DNA of 64,000 nt from Nitrospirota bacterium (GTDB lineage: Bacteria; Nitrospirota; UBA9217): assembly GCA_963818475.1 (NCBI GenBank), contig CAWFSF010000006.1, positions 960,001-1,024,000 of the forward strand, read 5' to 3'. This document shows positions 26,451-37,004 of the stretch, one piece after another. The position numbers were made by a program, and so were the translations under genes. How positions within the stretch are numbered: the first letter of the stretch is position 1; each line of letters opens with the position of its first letter. A model generated the notes under the pieces. It had not been told where the DNA came from. It was given only the letters and a program-made list of their open reading frames with translations, and did not search any database.

Positions 26451-26954
26451 ATGAAACAAAGATTGATGATCTGTATTTTTGTAATGCTGCTTGCGCTTGC
26501 CGCTGCCGGTTCTGTTGTGGCCGCGGAACCGAATGATCAGGATGCGCTGGCGGGGCTAACGGTGGGGAAGACGCTGTTCGACATTGACGTCAGCGACCAA
26601 GAGGCGTCCAAACTGGTGCTCTATCTGAGCGTTATCAGCGAGACCCATCAGGGACTACTCAACCAGAACGTTGAACCGGACTTCATCATCGCGTTTCGGG
26701 GAACTGCAGTAAGACTGATTACGCGCGACTACGGTACGGTCGGTGCGAAAGAGCGTGAGGCGAGAGAGACGATTGCCTACCTGATCAGCGATTTGCAGCA
26801 AAAGGGAGTGAAAGTCGAAGCCTGTGCCGTGGCAACACGCATCTTCCAGGTCGACAACGGCAACCTTCTGCCCGGCATCAAGGTTGTCGGCAATACCTTT
26901 ATTTCGCTGACGGGGTACCAAACCAAGGGTTATGCTTTGATTCCGATCATATGA
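26451..26954 (+). CDS. Exported DsrE-family protein
   Basis: Signal peptide; AFRGTAV, GVKVEAC, YQTKGYALI. Confidence 0.8.
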   Translation: MKQRLMICIFVMLLALAAAGSVVAAEPNDQDALAGLTVGKTLFDIDVSDQEASKLVLYLSVISETHQGLLNQNVEPDFIIAFRGTAVRLITRDYGTVGAKEREARETIAYLISDLQQKGVKVEACAVATRIFQVDNGNLLPGIKVVGNTFISLTGYQTKGYALIPII

Positions 26955-27092
26955 TCCTCCGGGAAGGATTGAGGGCAAGGTCTTTATTGCTTGACTCGTT
27001 CTTATTTCAAGCAGAAAACAAGTAGATCGTGTCACTGCGGATCGTCGAGGATCGCTAAGGTGTTCCCGGCGCTATCATCAAGCAAAATTGCA

Positions 27093-27121
27093 GGCCGGAG
27101 AATTTTTCTCCGGCCTTTTTA
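27093..27121 (+). terminator. Intrinsic terminator
   Basis: GGCCGGAGA...TCTCCGGCC followed by a T run. Confidence 0.65.
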
Positions 27122-27554
27122 GTAACCTTGACATAGATGTCATGGATGAAAAAATGATTTAGCTAAAATTGAAACGGGCGATGATTTCTCATCGCCCGTG
27201 ATCTGTTTCCGGCTTATGGTAAGTGTTTTGATTGTCCTTTTACGACTTCACCGCAAACGCCTGCTTCTCACGAATTGACCGCAGGTGCTGACACGACGAA
27301 CCCGGCCGCCGTTCCGAGCAGCCCGCCGACCACGATGCTTACCGAGGAGTGCATAAGGTCGTGTCTTGCGGCTTGACAAAATGCGTGTTACGAAAATAAT
27401 TCTTCGGCTCAAGACTTAGGGCCAGTGGAAGAGACTATCGTATCCATATCGCTTATGTCCAGTGCGGATACACGCTCAAATTGATTGGAATTCATCACGG
27501 AATTCGTTATACTACGCTCAGCAAAAAGATATGTGACATGGAGGGATCATAGTC

Positions 27555-28082
27555 ATGCAGTCAGCGCCGATCAGGTCATTCGAGTATAAAAACGCTTTCC
27601 TTTATATTGTGATCCGGGAGGAACCGGGACTGGGCCCGGACAGCTACATTTACTGCTGCGGAATCAATCTTTCACGGTTCTGCCGGCTTTCCTGGAGAAA
27701 GGGCGGCATCTGCTCCAATCCGTCAGTCAGAGGAATCCAGCTGCTCCGCACTCATGTTTCCGCTTTTGCGGCCAAACAAGGCATGATAGTAAAAAAAGAG
27801 AAAGGCATCGACTCGGCCCTCATTACCCCCCACGGCGAGGGTTGGTATCATGAAAATCCTCTCCGGCTCGAACAGACCACGCCCGGAAGAATACGCGAAC
27901 TCCTCGAATTCAGCGTGATGGATCTGGTGAGGACTGTCCTGGTTGTCTGCGTTCCTGACGCCCGGATCCCGACTGCTTTTCCCGATGCGGTTGCGATGCA
28001 GAAGTACCTTGAATCGCTGTCGGTAGCAGAGGAACGTGAGCGAGTAATGGCCTATGAAAGGGACAATCTTACCGGTGCATAG
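27555..28082 (+). CDS. Hypothetical protein, paralog of 36312..36848
   Basis: Shared motifs IVIRE, C.GI.L.RF, GICSN, GWY.EN, LEFS..DLV. Confidence 0.8.
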   Translation: MQSAPIRSFEYKNAFLYIVIREEPGLGPDSYIYCCGINLSRFCRLSWRKGGICSNPSVRGIQLLRTHVSAFAAKQGMIVKKEKGIDSALITPHGEGWYHENPLRLEQTTPGRIRELLEFSVMDLVRTVLVVCVPDARIPTAFPDAVAMQKYLESLSVAEERERVMAYERDNLTGA

Positions 28083-28581
28083 TGAAGGACGTACGACAAT
28101 ACAAATGATATGCATTGCTCACGCGGAGGCGCGGAGGGCGCGGAGAAATCATAAAGAAACTCGATATGCTACAGATAAAGTTATTAATGGGTTTGAATGT
28201 GCTGAAAAGATTAACACGCTGAATTATGAAGTCTTCTCCGTGTCTCCGCGACTCCGCGTGAAATGACCTTTCTTGAAGGGTAGTATGAAAGAAGGGTCCG
28301 AAGGTCAAGGCAAAGACCTGGAAGCGGCGCTGGAGCAGTTCCGGGCAATCGTGGGGGATTTGGGGTATAAAGGATTGAAGGACGTACGACAATACAAATG
28401 ATACTGCATTGCTCACGCGGAGGCGCGGAGGGCGCGGAGAAATCATACAGAAACTCGATATGCTTAAAATTATAAATGGGTTTGAATGTGCTAAAGGTTA
28501 ACACGATGAATTTTGAAGTCTTCTCCGTGTCTCCGCGACTCCGCGTGAAATGACCTATTCTTTGAGGGTAGAATGAAAGAA
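28083..28581 (+). repeat. Tandem duplication (period ~293 bp), each unit a hairpin with 9-mer arms
   Basis: TGAAGGACGTACGACAATACAAATGATA at 28083 and 28376; arms CACGCGGAGGCGCGGAGGGCGCGGAG and CTCCGTGTCTCCGCGACTCCGCGTG. Confidence 0.9.
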
Positions 28582-28985
28582 CTGGATGATATCACCGGTG
28601 AGATCGTAGATGTAGCGTTAAAGATACACCAAGGGCTCGGACCCGGGTTGTTGGAGTCGGTGTACGAGAGCGTGCAGCTCTTGAAAAGCGCGGTCTGAGG
28701 GTTGAACGGCAGAAATCTATATCCTTTGTGTATGACGACATCCTCTTTGACGAAGGTTTTCGGATTGATCTGCTTGTCGATGATCTGGTTGTGGTGGAAT
28801 TGAAGTCTGTGGAAAAGCTCGCCCCTGTACACAGCAAGCAACTTTTGACATATATTCGTTTGATGAATCTGCCAGTTGGTCTTCTGCTTAATTTCGGAGC
28901 ATCAACCTTAAAAGAAGGACTCCATCGCATTGTTAATAATCTCCCATCCTCCGCGTCTCCGCGCCTCCGCGTGAACCGGAAGTAA
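28573..28985 (+). CDS. GxxExxY protein (PD-(D/E)XK-like), frameshift near 28675
   Basis: MKELDDITGEIVD...LGPGLLESVYE, then RIDLLV...VELKSV...QLLTY..GLLLNF. Confidence 0.88.
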
Positions 28986-29190
28986 AAATGTCCGCCCCCC
29001 TGTGAGACCGAACACAGCTGCGGAGGCTCCCGAAACTAACTTTTTCAAATAACCCGAATATAATGTTTGCTCGCAAGGTACTTACCTTGGTGGTAACAGA
29101 GGAGGTATTTCGTTATCTTCCGGACGCGGGTCATTAGGTCTTGCAGCTGCTATTTGCAAAAATAATTCTCTGGCTGTCCACAATTATTTA

Positions 29191-30126
29191 TCATTGGTCT
29201 CCACCGTTCACAGGCCCAAATACATCGTAAGAATAATTGCTGGTTTTGTGATAAATCCACAACCCGACATATTTCCCATAGGTATATTCTGAAGCATCAA
29301 GATCAGTCCAAGTGCAGATGGGGTCAGACCACGGGCGTGGAGCAGGACTCGTTCCGTTGTCATAGATTTTCATCGTTACGCCAGACGGCGTACCACTGGC
29401 CTCAAAACCCACGTAATGCCCATCGGCAAGCGTATACCTGCAAGAGGGAGAATAATTATGGTCCTTCTTTTGTAAATCGTTATAACCGACAAAAAATGTA
29501 CCTGCATTATAAAGACAGTAAAGCTGGCTCGTAAAGGATAAATCTCTCGCCCACAGGATCATCCCCATAGAGTCGCTGTCATGCATGTTTTTGAACTTTG
29601 CCTGAATCCATTGTGACGTTGTGGTGGTGGAAGTGTTGTAATAGATATTGATACTTTGACCCGATGGCGAACCTTGGAGGTATCCGTCAGCGACAGACCA
29701 TGTTCCATCTGCCTGCGTCCATGCTGATAAACCGCCGGAATAGTCATCGGAAAATGACATTTTGTACGGACCACTTTCTGTTACGGTAAGCGTTGTGCTG
29801 CCTGATATCACGCCTGATGCCGCTTTAATCGTTGCCGCGCCGACACCCGCGCCTGTCGCAAGGCCGCTGACATTCACGGTTGCAACCGTTGTTATGTCAG
29901 AAGACCATATTACTGATGCGGAAAGGTCAACTGATGTGCCGTCAGAGTACGTGCCGGTTGCAATGAACTGGTTTGTTGATCCTTTTGCAATGGACGGATT
30001 GGCCGGCGTCACTGCAATGGTTTGAAGAACCGCCGCTGTTATATTTTCAGCGCCACCCAAGCTTCCGCAGGAAGCCGCTAGTGCGCACAAGTTAATCAAC
30101 AAAAAATATCTAAATGCCTGTATCAC
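29191..30126 (-). CDS. Lipoprotein with an Ig-like (Big_2) domain and a beta-rich C-terminal domain
   Basis: Lipobox LAASC; IAVTPANPSIAKG..QF.ATGTYSDG...WSS...VATV. Confidence 0.82.
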   Translation of the reverse strand: MIQAFRYFLLINLCALAASCGSLGGAENITAAVLQTIAVTPANPSIAKGSTNQFIATGTYSDGTSVDLSASVIWSSDITTVATVNVSGLATGAGVGAATIKAASGVISGSTTLTVTESGPYKMSFSDDYSGGLSAWTQADGTWSVADGYLQGSPSGQSINIYYNTSTTTTSQWIQAKFKNMHDSDSMGMILWARDLSFTSQLYCLYNAGTFFVGYNDLQKKDHNYSPSCRYTLADGHYVGFEASGTPSGVTMKIYDNGTSPAPRPWSDPICTWTDLDASEYTYGKYVGLWIYHKTSNYSYDVFGPVNGGDQ

Positions 30127-30428
30127 GAGACTCCCTTTTCCTCTTTATAAAGAAAGCATAGACACAATAATCTCGTGTGTCAATTCCAACAATAGTATCA
30201 ACTACCCACAGCCGAAACGAAAACAATTTTCCGGCTAAAGGACGGATTCTGGAGTAAGCGTAAGCGCGTGAATACGATAAGTTCTAGCCTTAAGAATCGA
30301 AATTTCTGCATCTTGCTTCACACTGAATAGTCAATTCCTTGAAGCCTCCGAAAACCTCCCGTTGAATTCAGGTCCTGCGCGGAGTTATAATTCACGTAAA
30401 AAGGAACAGTTCTGAAAGGAGGCATATC

Positions 30429-30758
30429 ATGGTCACTACTGCGCTATATGTTCGATTAGAAGCAAAGCTGGGAAAAGAGGCTGAGGTTGAGGCCTTTCTG
30501 AAGGGCGGTCTTCCGATCGTCCAGGAGGAGCCTGGCACGATAGCCTGGTTCGGGATCCGCCTTGGTCCTTCGTCGTTCGGCATCTTCGATGCCTTCCCGG
30601 ACGAAGCAGGACGGCAGGCGCATCTGGCGGGCAGGGTCGCGGCCGCACTGATGGCGAAGGCACCCGAGCTTCTGTCAAGGCCGCCGGTCATCGAGAAGGT
30701 CGATGTGCTTGCGTCCAAGCTACCGGGTGAGAGATATGAAGGTCTGAAGGCAGCGTAA
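30429..30758 (+). CDS. Antibiotic biosynthesis monooxygenase (ABM) family protein
   Basis: LEAK.GKE, EEPGT..WF, FGIFDAF.DEAGRQAHL. Confidence 0.88.
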   Translation: MVTTALYVRLEAKLGKEAEVEAFLKGGLPIVQEEPGTIAWFGIRLGPSSFGIFDAFPDEAGRQAHLAGRVAAALMAKAPELLSRPPVIEKVDVLASKLPGERYEGLKAA

Positions 30759-30922
30759 GGCCTTCGTGCTCTCTTGACTGTAAAACGGATAAGTTGTATC
30801 CTATATCAAAGGGCGGAGGTGGCCTCGTGGCGGGATGTTTGCCGGGAGGGGCCCTTCCGCCCGAGTCGTTTCGGGAGGGGAAGCGTGCGGGTATCTGCTC
30901 CCTACCGGATCAGGAGGCGTCT

Positions 30923-31300
30923 ATGTCGAGGGAACAACAGGAAGCACTGGACCGGGGCATCAACCTGTTCAATCAGCAGCGGTTCTTTGAGGCCCACGAG
31001 GAGTGGGAGCAGGAGTGGCGTCTGATGACGGTAGGTGGTGACAAGACCTTCTTCCAGGGGCTGATCTATGCAGCTGCTGCGTTTGTCCACTACACGCGGC
31101 GCGAGTGCGCCGGGGCGAAGGAGCTGCTGAGCCGGAGCCTTTCGTCCCTGCAAAAGGCCGGCATGGACGGGTACCCCGACATCTGCGTCGGCCAGTTCAT
31201 AAAGGACCTCACCCGGCTGCAGGAGCCCTTCGCGTCCTGCAAGTTCGACCTGAACGAGCGGGGCCTGCCGATCATCCACAGGAGCCTCGTTAATTGGTGA
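30923..31300 (+). CDS. DUF309 domain protein
   Basis: GINLFN..RFFEAHEEWE..W, FFQGLI. Confidence 0.85.
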   Translation: MSREQQEALDRGINLFNQQRFFEAHEEWEQEWRLMTVGGDKTFFQGLIYAAAAFVHYTRRECAGAKELLSRSLSSLQKAGMDGYPDICVGQFIKDLTRLQEPFASCKFDLNERGLPIIHRSLVNW

Positions 31301-31360
31301 TGCGCCTCCCTTTTTTTTCAGTGGGGAGAGGGGGAGAAGGCGATGCAAAGGAGGTGGCGT

Positions 31361-31687
31361 ATGGAAAGCGACCGGTATGAAAAGGATATCCTTACAAAAT
31401 CGTTTTGCGATGACGTGTACTTCGAATTTACCGAGATGCGGCTCCGGCTGCTCACGATGAACGATGAGCTGGCATTGACCTACGGAGAGGACAGCGATCC
31501 CTACAGGACCTTTAAACGGCATATCCAGGAGCTTGCCGATCAGATCGGCTGGCGGCTCGAGATCCTGTCGCATGCATGCCCCTACACCTGGGCGGGATCA
31601 CGTGAGAAGGTTGAGACCGTTGTTTCGGTCGGTGAGTCCGACGTGACGACGGGGCCGGATTTTTCCGGCGGCTATCTGGGCGGATGA
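31361..31687 (+). CDS. Hypothetical protein
   Basis: SD GGAGGT; coding-like composition; ends ...DFSGGYLGG. Confidence 0.7.
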   Translation: MESDRYEKDILTKSFCDDVYFEFTEMRLRLLTMNDELALTYGEDSDPYRTFKRHIQELADQIGWRLEILSHACPYTWAGSREKVETVVSVGESDVTTGPDFSGGYLGG

Positions 31688-32263
31688 CGGCGTGCGTTTC
31701 TGGAAAGACACAGCAAATGCTTTTTACGTACCATCTGCGCCAGGTATCTCAAATGCGAGAGTCCCCAAAAGGTAACCTAATCCCTGCGACATAGGACTGG
31801 GCTTAGCTCGGGCAATTATGACCCTTTCCGCCTTAATAGCGGACCATAAAATCTACGATTCATCCTTCCCCGTTTCTCCGCACCTCTGCGTGAAGCAGTA
31901 AGTGCAGCAGACTAAGCCGTTGTATGCTTACAGCCATCCATACGTCCAACCTTTGTCGCAGAAGTGATGGTCTTTTGCCTGGTGCGATTGTCTTCATGCG
32001 AAGGGTGCTATACTAGAACGAGAACGTACATGAATGATCGGCACACTTGCTTTTGCAAAGGGTACTGCTTGGGTATCAGGAATAAATCTGTATGCCTGCG
32101 TGGAGACCCTTGCTGACCGTGCTGACGAACTGGTGGGTTTTCCCTAGAAATGCACAAGAGGCGGCCCGACGTCGAGCTTCTTGCCTGGTTCCCATGCAAA
32201 AATTTGGCTGTGTATGGTTCATAATGATAGATAACAGATAAGATCAAGGACATAGGTGACACC

Positions 32264-33127
32264 ATGCGCTGGAGAGGGGAACGGCAGAGCGACAACATCG
32301 AAGACCGCCGGGGGATGTCGCTGCGGCGCGGCGTAAAGCTCGGCGGTTTAAGCGGCATTGGCCTGATCATCGCCGTGCTGATCAGCATGTATTTTGGCAT
32401 CGATCCTTCTTATCTGCTGCAGGGAGTTTCCGAAACACAACCGCCTGCCGCTTCTGTCGCGCAAAACGGCGGCCCGGCTGTTCACGACGATCAACGTGAC
32501 TTTGTCGCTGTGGTTTTGGCCGAGACCGAGGACGTCTGGCACGAGGCCTTCCGCGCCATGGAGCGGTCTTATCAACCGCCGAAGCTTGTGCTTTTTACGT
32601 CGGCTGTTGAGTCGGCATGCGGAATAGCCGGTTCGGCAACGGGGCCCTTTTATTGCCCTTCCGATCAGAAGGTCTACCTGGACCTCGGTTTCTTCGAAGA
32701 GCTGCATAACCAGTTTGGAGCTTCCGGCGATTTTGCCCAGGCCTACGTCATTGCCCATGAGGTGGGCCACCATGTACAGACCCTTCTGGGCATCTCGCAG
32801 GAGGTTCGTGAACATCAGTCCCGCGTCAGCTCTTCCGAAAGAAATACATTATCGGTGATGATGGAATTGCAGGCCGACTGCCTTGCGGGGGTTTGGGCCC
32901 ATCAGGCCGAAAAGAGCCGTCATATTCTTGAAACCGGAGACATCGAGGAAGGGCTGAACGCTGCCAGTGCGATCGGGGATGATCGTATCCAGCGGAAGAC
33001 CCAGGGCTACGTGGTCCCGGACGCTTTTACTCATGGAAGTTCGACGCAGCGGGTGCGCTGGTTCAAGCAGGGTTTTGAACTCGGTAATTTTCAAACCTGT
33101 GACACTTTCAAGGCGGAAGGGATGTGA
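32264..33127 (+). CDS. YpfJ-like neutral zinc metallopeptidase
   Basis: MRW...RQSDNIEDRRG, GPFYCP.D.KVYLDL, AHEVGHHVQ, ELQADC.AG. Confidence 0.92.
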   Translation: MRWRGERQSDNIEDRRGMSLRRGVKLGGLSGIGLIIAVLISMYFGIDPSYLLQGVSETQPPAASVAQNGGPAVHDDQRDFVAVVLAETEDVWHEAFRAMERSYQPPKLVLFTSAVESACGIAGSATGPFYCPSDQKVYLDLGFFEELHNQFGASGDFAQAYVIAHEVGHHVQTLLGISQEVREHQSRVSSSERNTLSVMMELQADCLAGVWAHQAEKSRHILETGDIEEGLNAASAIGDDRIQRKTQGYVVPDAFTHGSSTQRVRWFKQGFELGNFQTCDTFKAEGM

Positions 33128-33186
33128 GCTCCGGGCACAGGGGTCTTGAACTTGGAGAGCGGCAGAAAAAAAGGAGGTGAGGAGAG

Positions 33187-33376
33187 GTGGTAGAGAACGC
33201 GCTAAAGAAGTCGGGCGGGCCTGATGCATGGGATGCGGCACAATACCACGTAGTCGTAAAAGGGGACACTCTCTGGAAGATCGCGGAGAAATTCTACGGG
33301 GACGAAGCTCTATAAAGATATCTTTGAGGCGAACCGGGACATTCTCAAAGACCCCGAGCTCATCAAGGCGGGATAA
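33187..33376 (+). pseudogene. LysM-domain small protein, frameshifted and truncated
   Basis: YHVVVKGDTLWKIAEKFYGD, then shifted LYKDIFEANRDILKDPELIKAG*. Confidence 0.7.
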
Positions 33377-33420
33377 GGACGAGGCACATGTTTTGACACT
33401 GCTACCTAAGGAGGAACTGT

Positions 33421-34095
33421 ATGAAAAGGATGGCTGTTATAGTGTTCGCTTTGTGGGCATGTGTTTCTCTGATCGCCCTGCCTGCTTGTAAGACCATTAA
33501 TCCCTATACCGAGGAGAAGCAGACATCCAAAGCCACCGGGGGTGCGGCCATAGGCGGTGTTGTGGGCGCCATGTTAGGCGCGGCGACGGCCAGCAAGGGA
33601 AAACGCACGGAAAGGGCGCTGCTTGGCGCCGGTGTCGGCGCTATTGCCGGCGGAGGCGCGGGGTACTATATGGATGTGCAAGAGGCCAAATTGCGCCAGA
33701 AACTGGAGGGAACGGGAGTGCATGTCGTGCGCAACGGCAACAATATCAGCCTCGTGATGCCGGGCGACGTTACCTTTGAGACCAACAGCTCAAGCCTCGA
33801 TTCAAGGTTCTTTAGTGTGCTGGATTCCGTAGCCACGGTGCTGCAGGAATATAAATCCACGCTGGTCACCGTGGCGGGACATACCGACAACACCGGTTCG
33901 GCCGAGTATAACAATCAACTTTCGGAAAAACGCGCTACCACCGTAGCCCTTTATCTGCACGGCAGAGGGGTGGTCAAAGAGCGTCTGGCGTCCATCGGCC
34001 ATGGTGAAGCAAATCCGGTAGCCGGCAACGATACTGCCGAAGGCCGGGCCAGGAATCGACGCGTAGAGATCACGTTGGACCCCATAACCAAATGA
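33421..34095 (+). CDS. OmpA-family lipoprotein (YiaD-like)
   Basis: Glycine zipper, YMD.QEA.LR, GHTDNTG..YN..LSE.RA, NRRVEI. Confidence 0.92.
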   Translation: MKRMAVIVFALWACVSLIALPACKTINPYTEEKQTSKATGGAAIGGVVGAMLGAATASKGKRTERALLGAGVGAIAGGGAGYYMDVQEAKLRQKLEGTGVHVVRNGNNISLVMPGDVTFETNSSSLDSRFFSVLDSVATVLQEYKSTLVTVAGHTDNTGSAEYNNQLSEKRATTVALYLHGRGVVKERLASIGHGEANPVAGNDTAEGRARNRRVEITLDPITK

Positions 34096-34114
34096 GCCCT
34101 CAGGAGGGGAACAT

Positions 34115-34457
34115 CAAAGGCCCGGGAAGATCCCAGGCCTTTTTGTTTACGGCTGCGCTTATTGTACGTATCAGGCGGCCTGCGGTCTCGCGATAGGCGG
34201 CGGAGCCATTTCCTTGTAATTGGAATATGCTCAGGGATTCGAGGAAGCGCTGCATAGCTTCCGGAACCAGGGATCCGGCCGGGACCTTGATATCCGGAAG
34301 GCAGGCATTCAGCACCGTCTGGACGAGGTCTCGTGCGCTGAACTCCAGGATCTCCCTGACAGCATTAGGAGACGTGTCCTCGATCAAGAGGGCATTTTCC
34401 TGATACCATCCGTCCCCGTGTTCGCGCTTCGAGTCGCAGGGGATCTCGGCGGTCTTC
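34115..34457 (-). pseudogene. Near-identical partial copy of the 3' half and terminator of gene 36312..36848
   Basis: Sequence matches 36268-36615 almost base for base. Confidence 0.9.
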
Positions 34458-34550
34458 TAAAGCGCAGGACCAACTGGAGAGAGAAGACTGCCCTCACCCC
34501 GAGAGGTTCGTCTCAACCGGGGTTATAAAAAATCCCTCTGTATTATTTTA

Positions 34551-36063
34551 TTATTGAACGGTAAGTCCGCTGGGCGGGGAGGGAACAGTGTCGCTCGCAG
34601 GCGAGCCGTTTTCCGGGCTTAAGACAATCAGCGAGACGGCGTTAGGTTGAAGAGTGAATGTTCGAGTTACGCTGGAGGCCGCCGGCAGAACAGTGTCTTC
34701 GACTGTCTCGAGATCTGATTTGGCCGCGTCGTAACTGACATTACTATGGCTCGCATCCACCAGATACCGCTTTAACCTGATCGTTTTGCCAACGAACTCC
34801 GCAGGCAAGTTCGAAACCGCCAAATCGGTGGAGTAGCTCGCAGTTCCGGTATTTTGGTAGTTCCACACCAGCACTGTCACTAAGTTGGGTCCTTTCGACG
34901 CTAAGGCGCGGACGCCTATGCCATTGACATCCATCTGCCCGGAAGCGCTGATCCGAGTGCCAGCCATCATGCTGAGCATCTTAAAGCTGTTGTATTGTGG
35001 AAAAACCTGAGATCCGCCGTCCTGAATGATGCCTTGTACTGTGGGCGCAGGCCGCCTGACCCTAAAATAGAAGATTTCGCTCAACCCGGCGTCAGGCATG
35101 AAGTAGCTCATCGGTCCGATCATGCCAGCAGCGCGAGTGACCTGCCAAGGTTCAGCCTCTTGAACAGTGTCGAACACGCTGACCGCGTTCCATTCAGTAA
35201 GCATCAATTCGGTGTTGGAAAATCCAGCTGCGCTCAACCAGGAACGAACGGTACTTGCTTTGCTGCGAAGTTTCGCTGGCAAAGCTGCACTATATTCATG
35301 CCAGTCCACTATATCAAGTGGAAGATTATTAGTTTTGCAATAATTGATAAATCCTTGGATCCATGTGGAATTAAGACCTGCGGCAGTCGGCCCACCAACC
35401 TTGGCGGAATTGTCGGCGGCTTTCACACCCTGAGCGGTATATTGATATAGTTTTTCATATCCGCCTAGACCGGCAGGATACAACGTATTGGGATGGTCAG
35501 GCTCATTCCAGACGAGGAAGTATTTAATTCCGTACCCTTTTACGACATTCAGATGGGTGACGGTGTCGCTTATCAACTTTTGCCATTTCACATAATCCTT
35601 GGGGGGGGGTAAGCATATACGGATATGCACTATCCCATGCATTCTGACCGTATGTTGTGTCTGCGAGCCACTGGGGCATGAAAGCAAGCACTACGACAGG
35701 CTCCGCGCCGGTTGCTTTGACGTTTTCTATATTGCCGTCGAGCAAGGTCCAATTATAGATGCCCTCCGCTGTGGAAACCACGTGGAGCATGGCATCCAAT
35801 CTTACCAGTCTGGTTCGGACAGACGCGAGCCTGCTCTGCTCATTACTGGTAAATCTGTCGAAATTTCCTTTTCTGGCCTGACCAAAATTAATAAAGGTCT
35901 TTAGGGATCCGCTGGGCTGAGTCACATCGACAGATATGGATGCCGCCTCGGAACTTTTCGCCAAGCCGAGAAGGCCGAAGAAGATGAGCGCGAAAAAAAA
36001 TACTCCGGTGAAATAGAGGCTGTTTTTATTTGCAAAAAATTGTTTTATTTTATTATTATACAT
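34551..36063 (-). CDS. Secreted GH39-like glycoside hydrolase, frameshift at a G9 tract (35601-35609)
   Basis: ORFs 35524..36063 and 34551..35687; WNEPD acid/base, KVGGP, DIVDWH, LTEWN nucleophile. Confidence 0.82.
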
Positions 36064-36267
36064 TGCTCAGATGTTTGTACTGTTTTGGCATAGACACCTA
36101 GGGTACATGGTAACCCTAAGTGATGCACTTATTGAATCGCGATTTTTCCCTGCATATTTCCCACATATCTGCGTGTATTAAACATAGCCGGAGTGGACCC
36201 CTCTGTCAAGACAGCAAGTGTCGAGCTTAATACTTTCGCTATTGTGACACATCTCTCAATGAAATAC

Positions 36268-36298
36268 CAAAGGCCCGGGAAGATCCCGGGCCTTTTTG
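36268..36298. terminator. Terminator-like hairpin
   Basis: AAAGGCCCGGGA-AGA-TCCCGGGCCTTTTT. Confidence 0.7.
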
Positions 36299-36311
36299 TG
36301 TTTTTGCCGCA

Positions 36312-36848
36312 CTAACTGTAAGTATCAGGACATGCGGCCTGCGGTCTCGCGATCGGCGGCGGAGCCATTTCCTTGTAATTGGGTATGCTCAGGGATTCGA
36401 GGAAGCGCTGCATAGCCCCGGGATCCAGGGACCCGGCCGGGACCTTGATATCCGGAAGGCAGGCATTCAGCACCGTCTGGACGAGGTCTCGTGCGCTGAA
36501 CTCGAGGATCTCCCTGACAGCATTGGGAGACGTGTCCTCGATCAAGAGGGCATTTTCCTGATACCATCCGTCCCCGTGTTCGCGCTTCGAGTCGCAGGGG
36601 ATCTCGGCGGTCTTCGTCACAATGCCCCGCTGGAGAGCAAAGTAGGAAACATCGGCCCGAAGCTGCTGAAGTCCCTTGAATGCCGCGTTGGAGCAGATAC
36701 CGGTCTTTCCCCAGCAGATGGGGTCGAACCTGGGCAGGCTGATGCCGCTGCAGAAGACGTAGCTCCCGGGACGGTGTTCAGACTCACGAATGACGATGGA
36801 GAAAAAATCATTTTTGTATTCCCATGAAGCGATGGCTGTGGTATGCAT
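36312..36848 (-). CDS. Hypothetical protein, paralog of 27555..28082
   Basis: SD AGGAGGT; Cys-containing motifs shared with 27555..28082. Confidence 0.8.
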   Translation of the reverse strand: MHTTAIASWEYKNDFFSIVIRESEHRPGSYVFCSGISLPRFDPICWGKTGICSNAAFKGLQQLRADVSYFALQRGIVTKTAEIPCDSKREHGDGWYQENALLIEDTSPNAVREILEFSARDLVQTVLNACLPDIKVPAGSLDPGAMQRFLESLSIPNYKEMAPPPIARPQAACPDTYS

Positions 36849-37004
36849 GATACGCTACCTCCTGTGATGGGGCCAATTTAACACCAATTTAGTCCTGTTT
36901 AGCATCCAGTATAGCCGAAGCCTCTGCCTGGCGCAAGTAAAAAAGAATAATTCTAATCTGAAGTTGTGAATTGACATCTCCTGATAATGCAGGCAATTAT
37001 CCTG

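Noticed and set aside
28083-28581. CRISPR array
   Set aside because: Only two long units with similar interiors, no unique spacers and no cas genes
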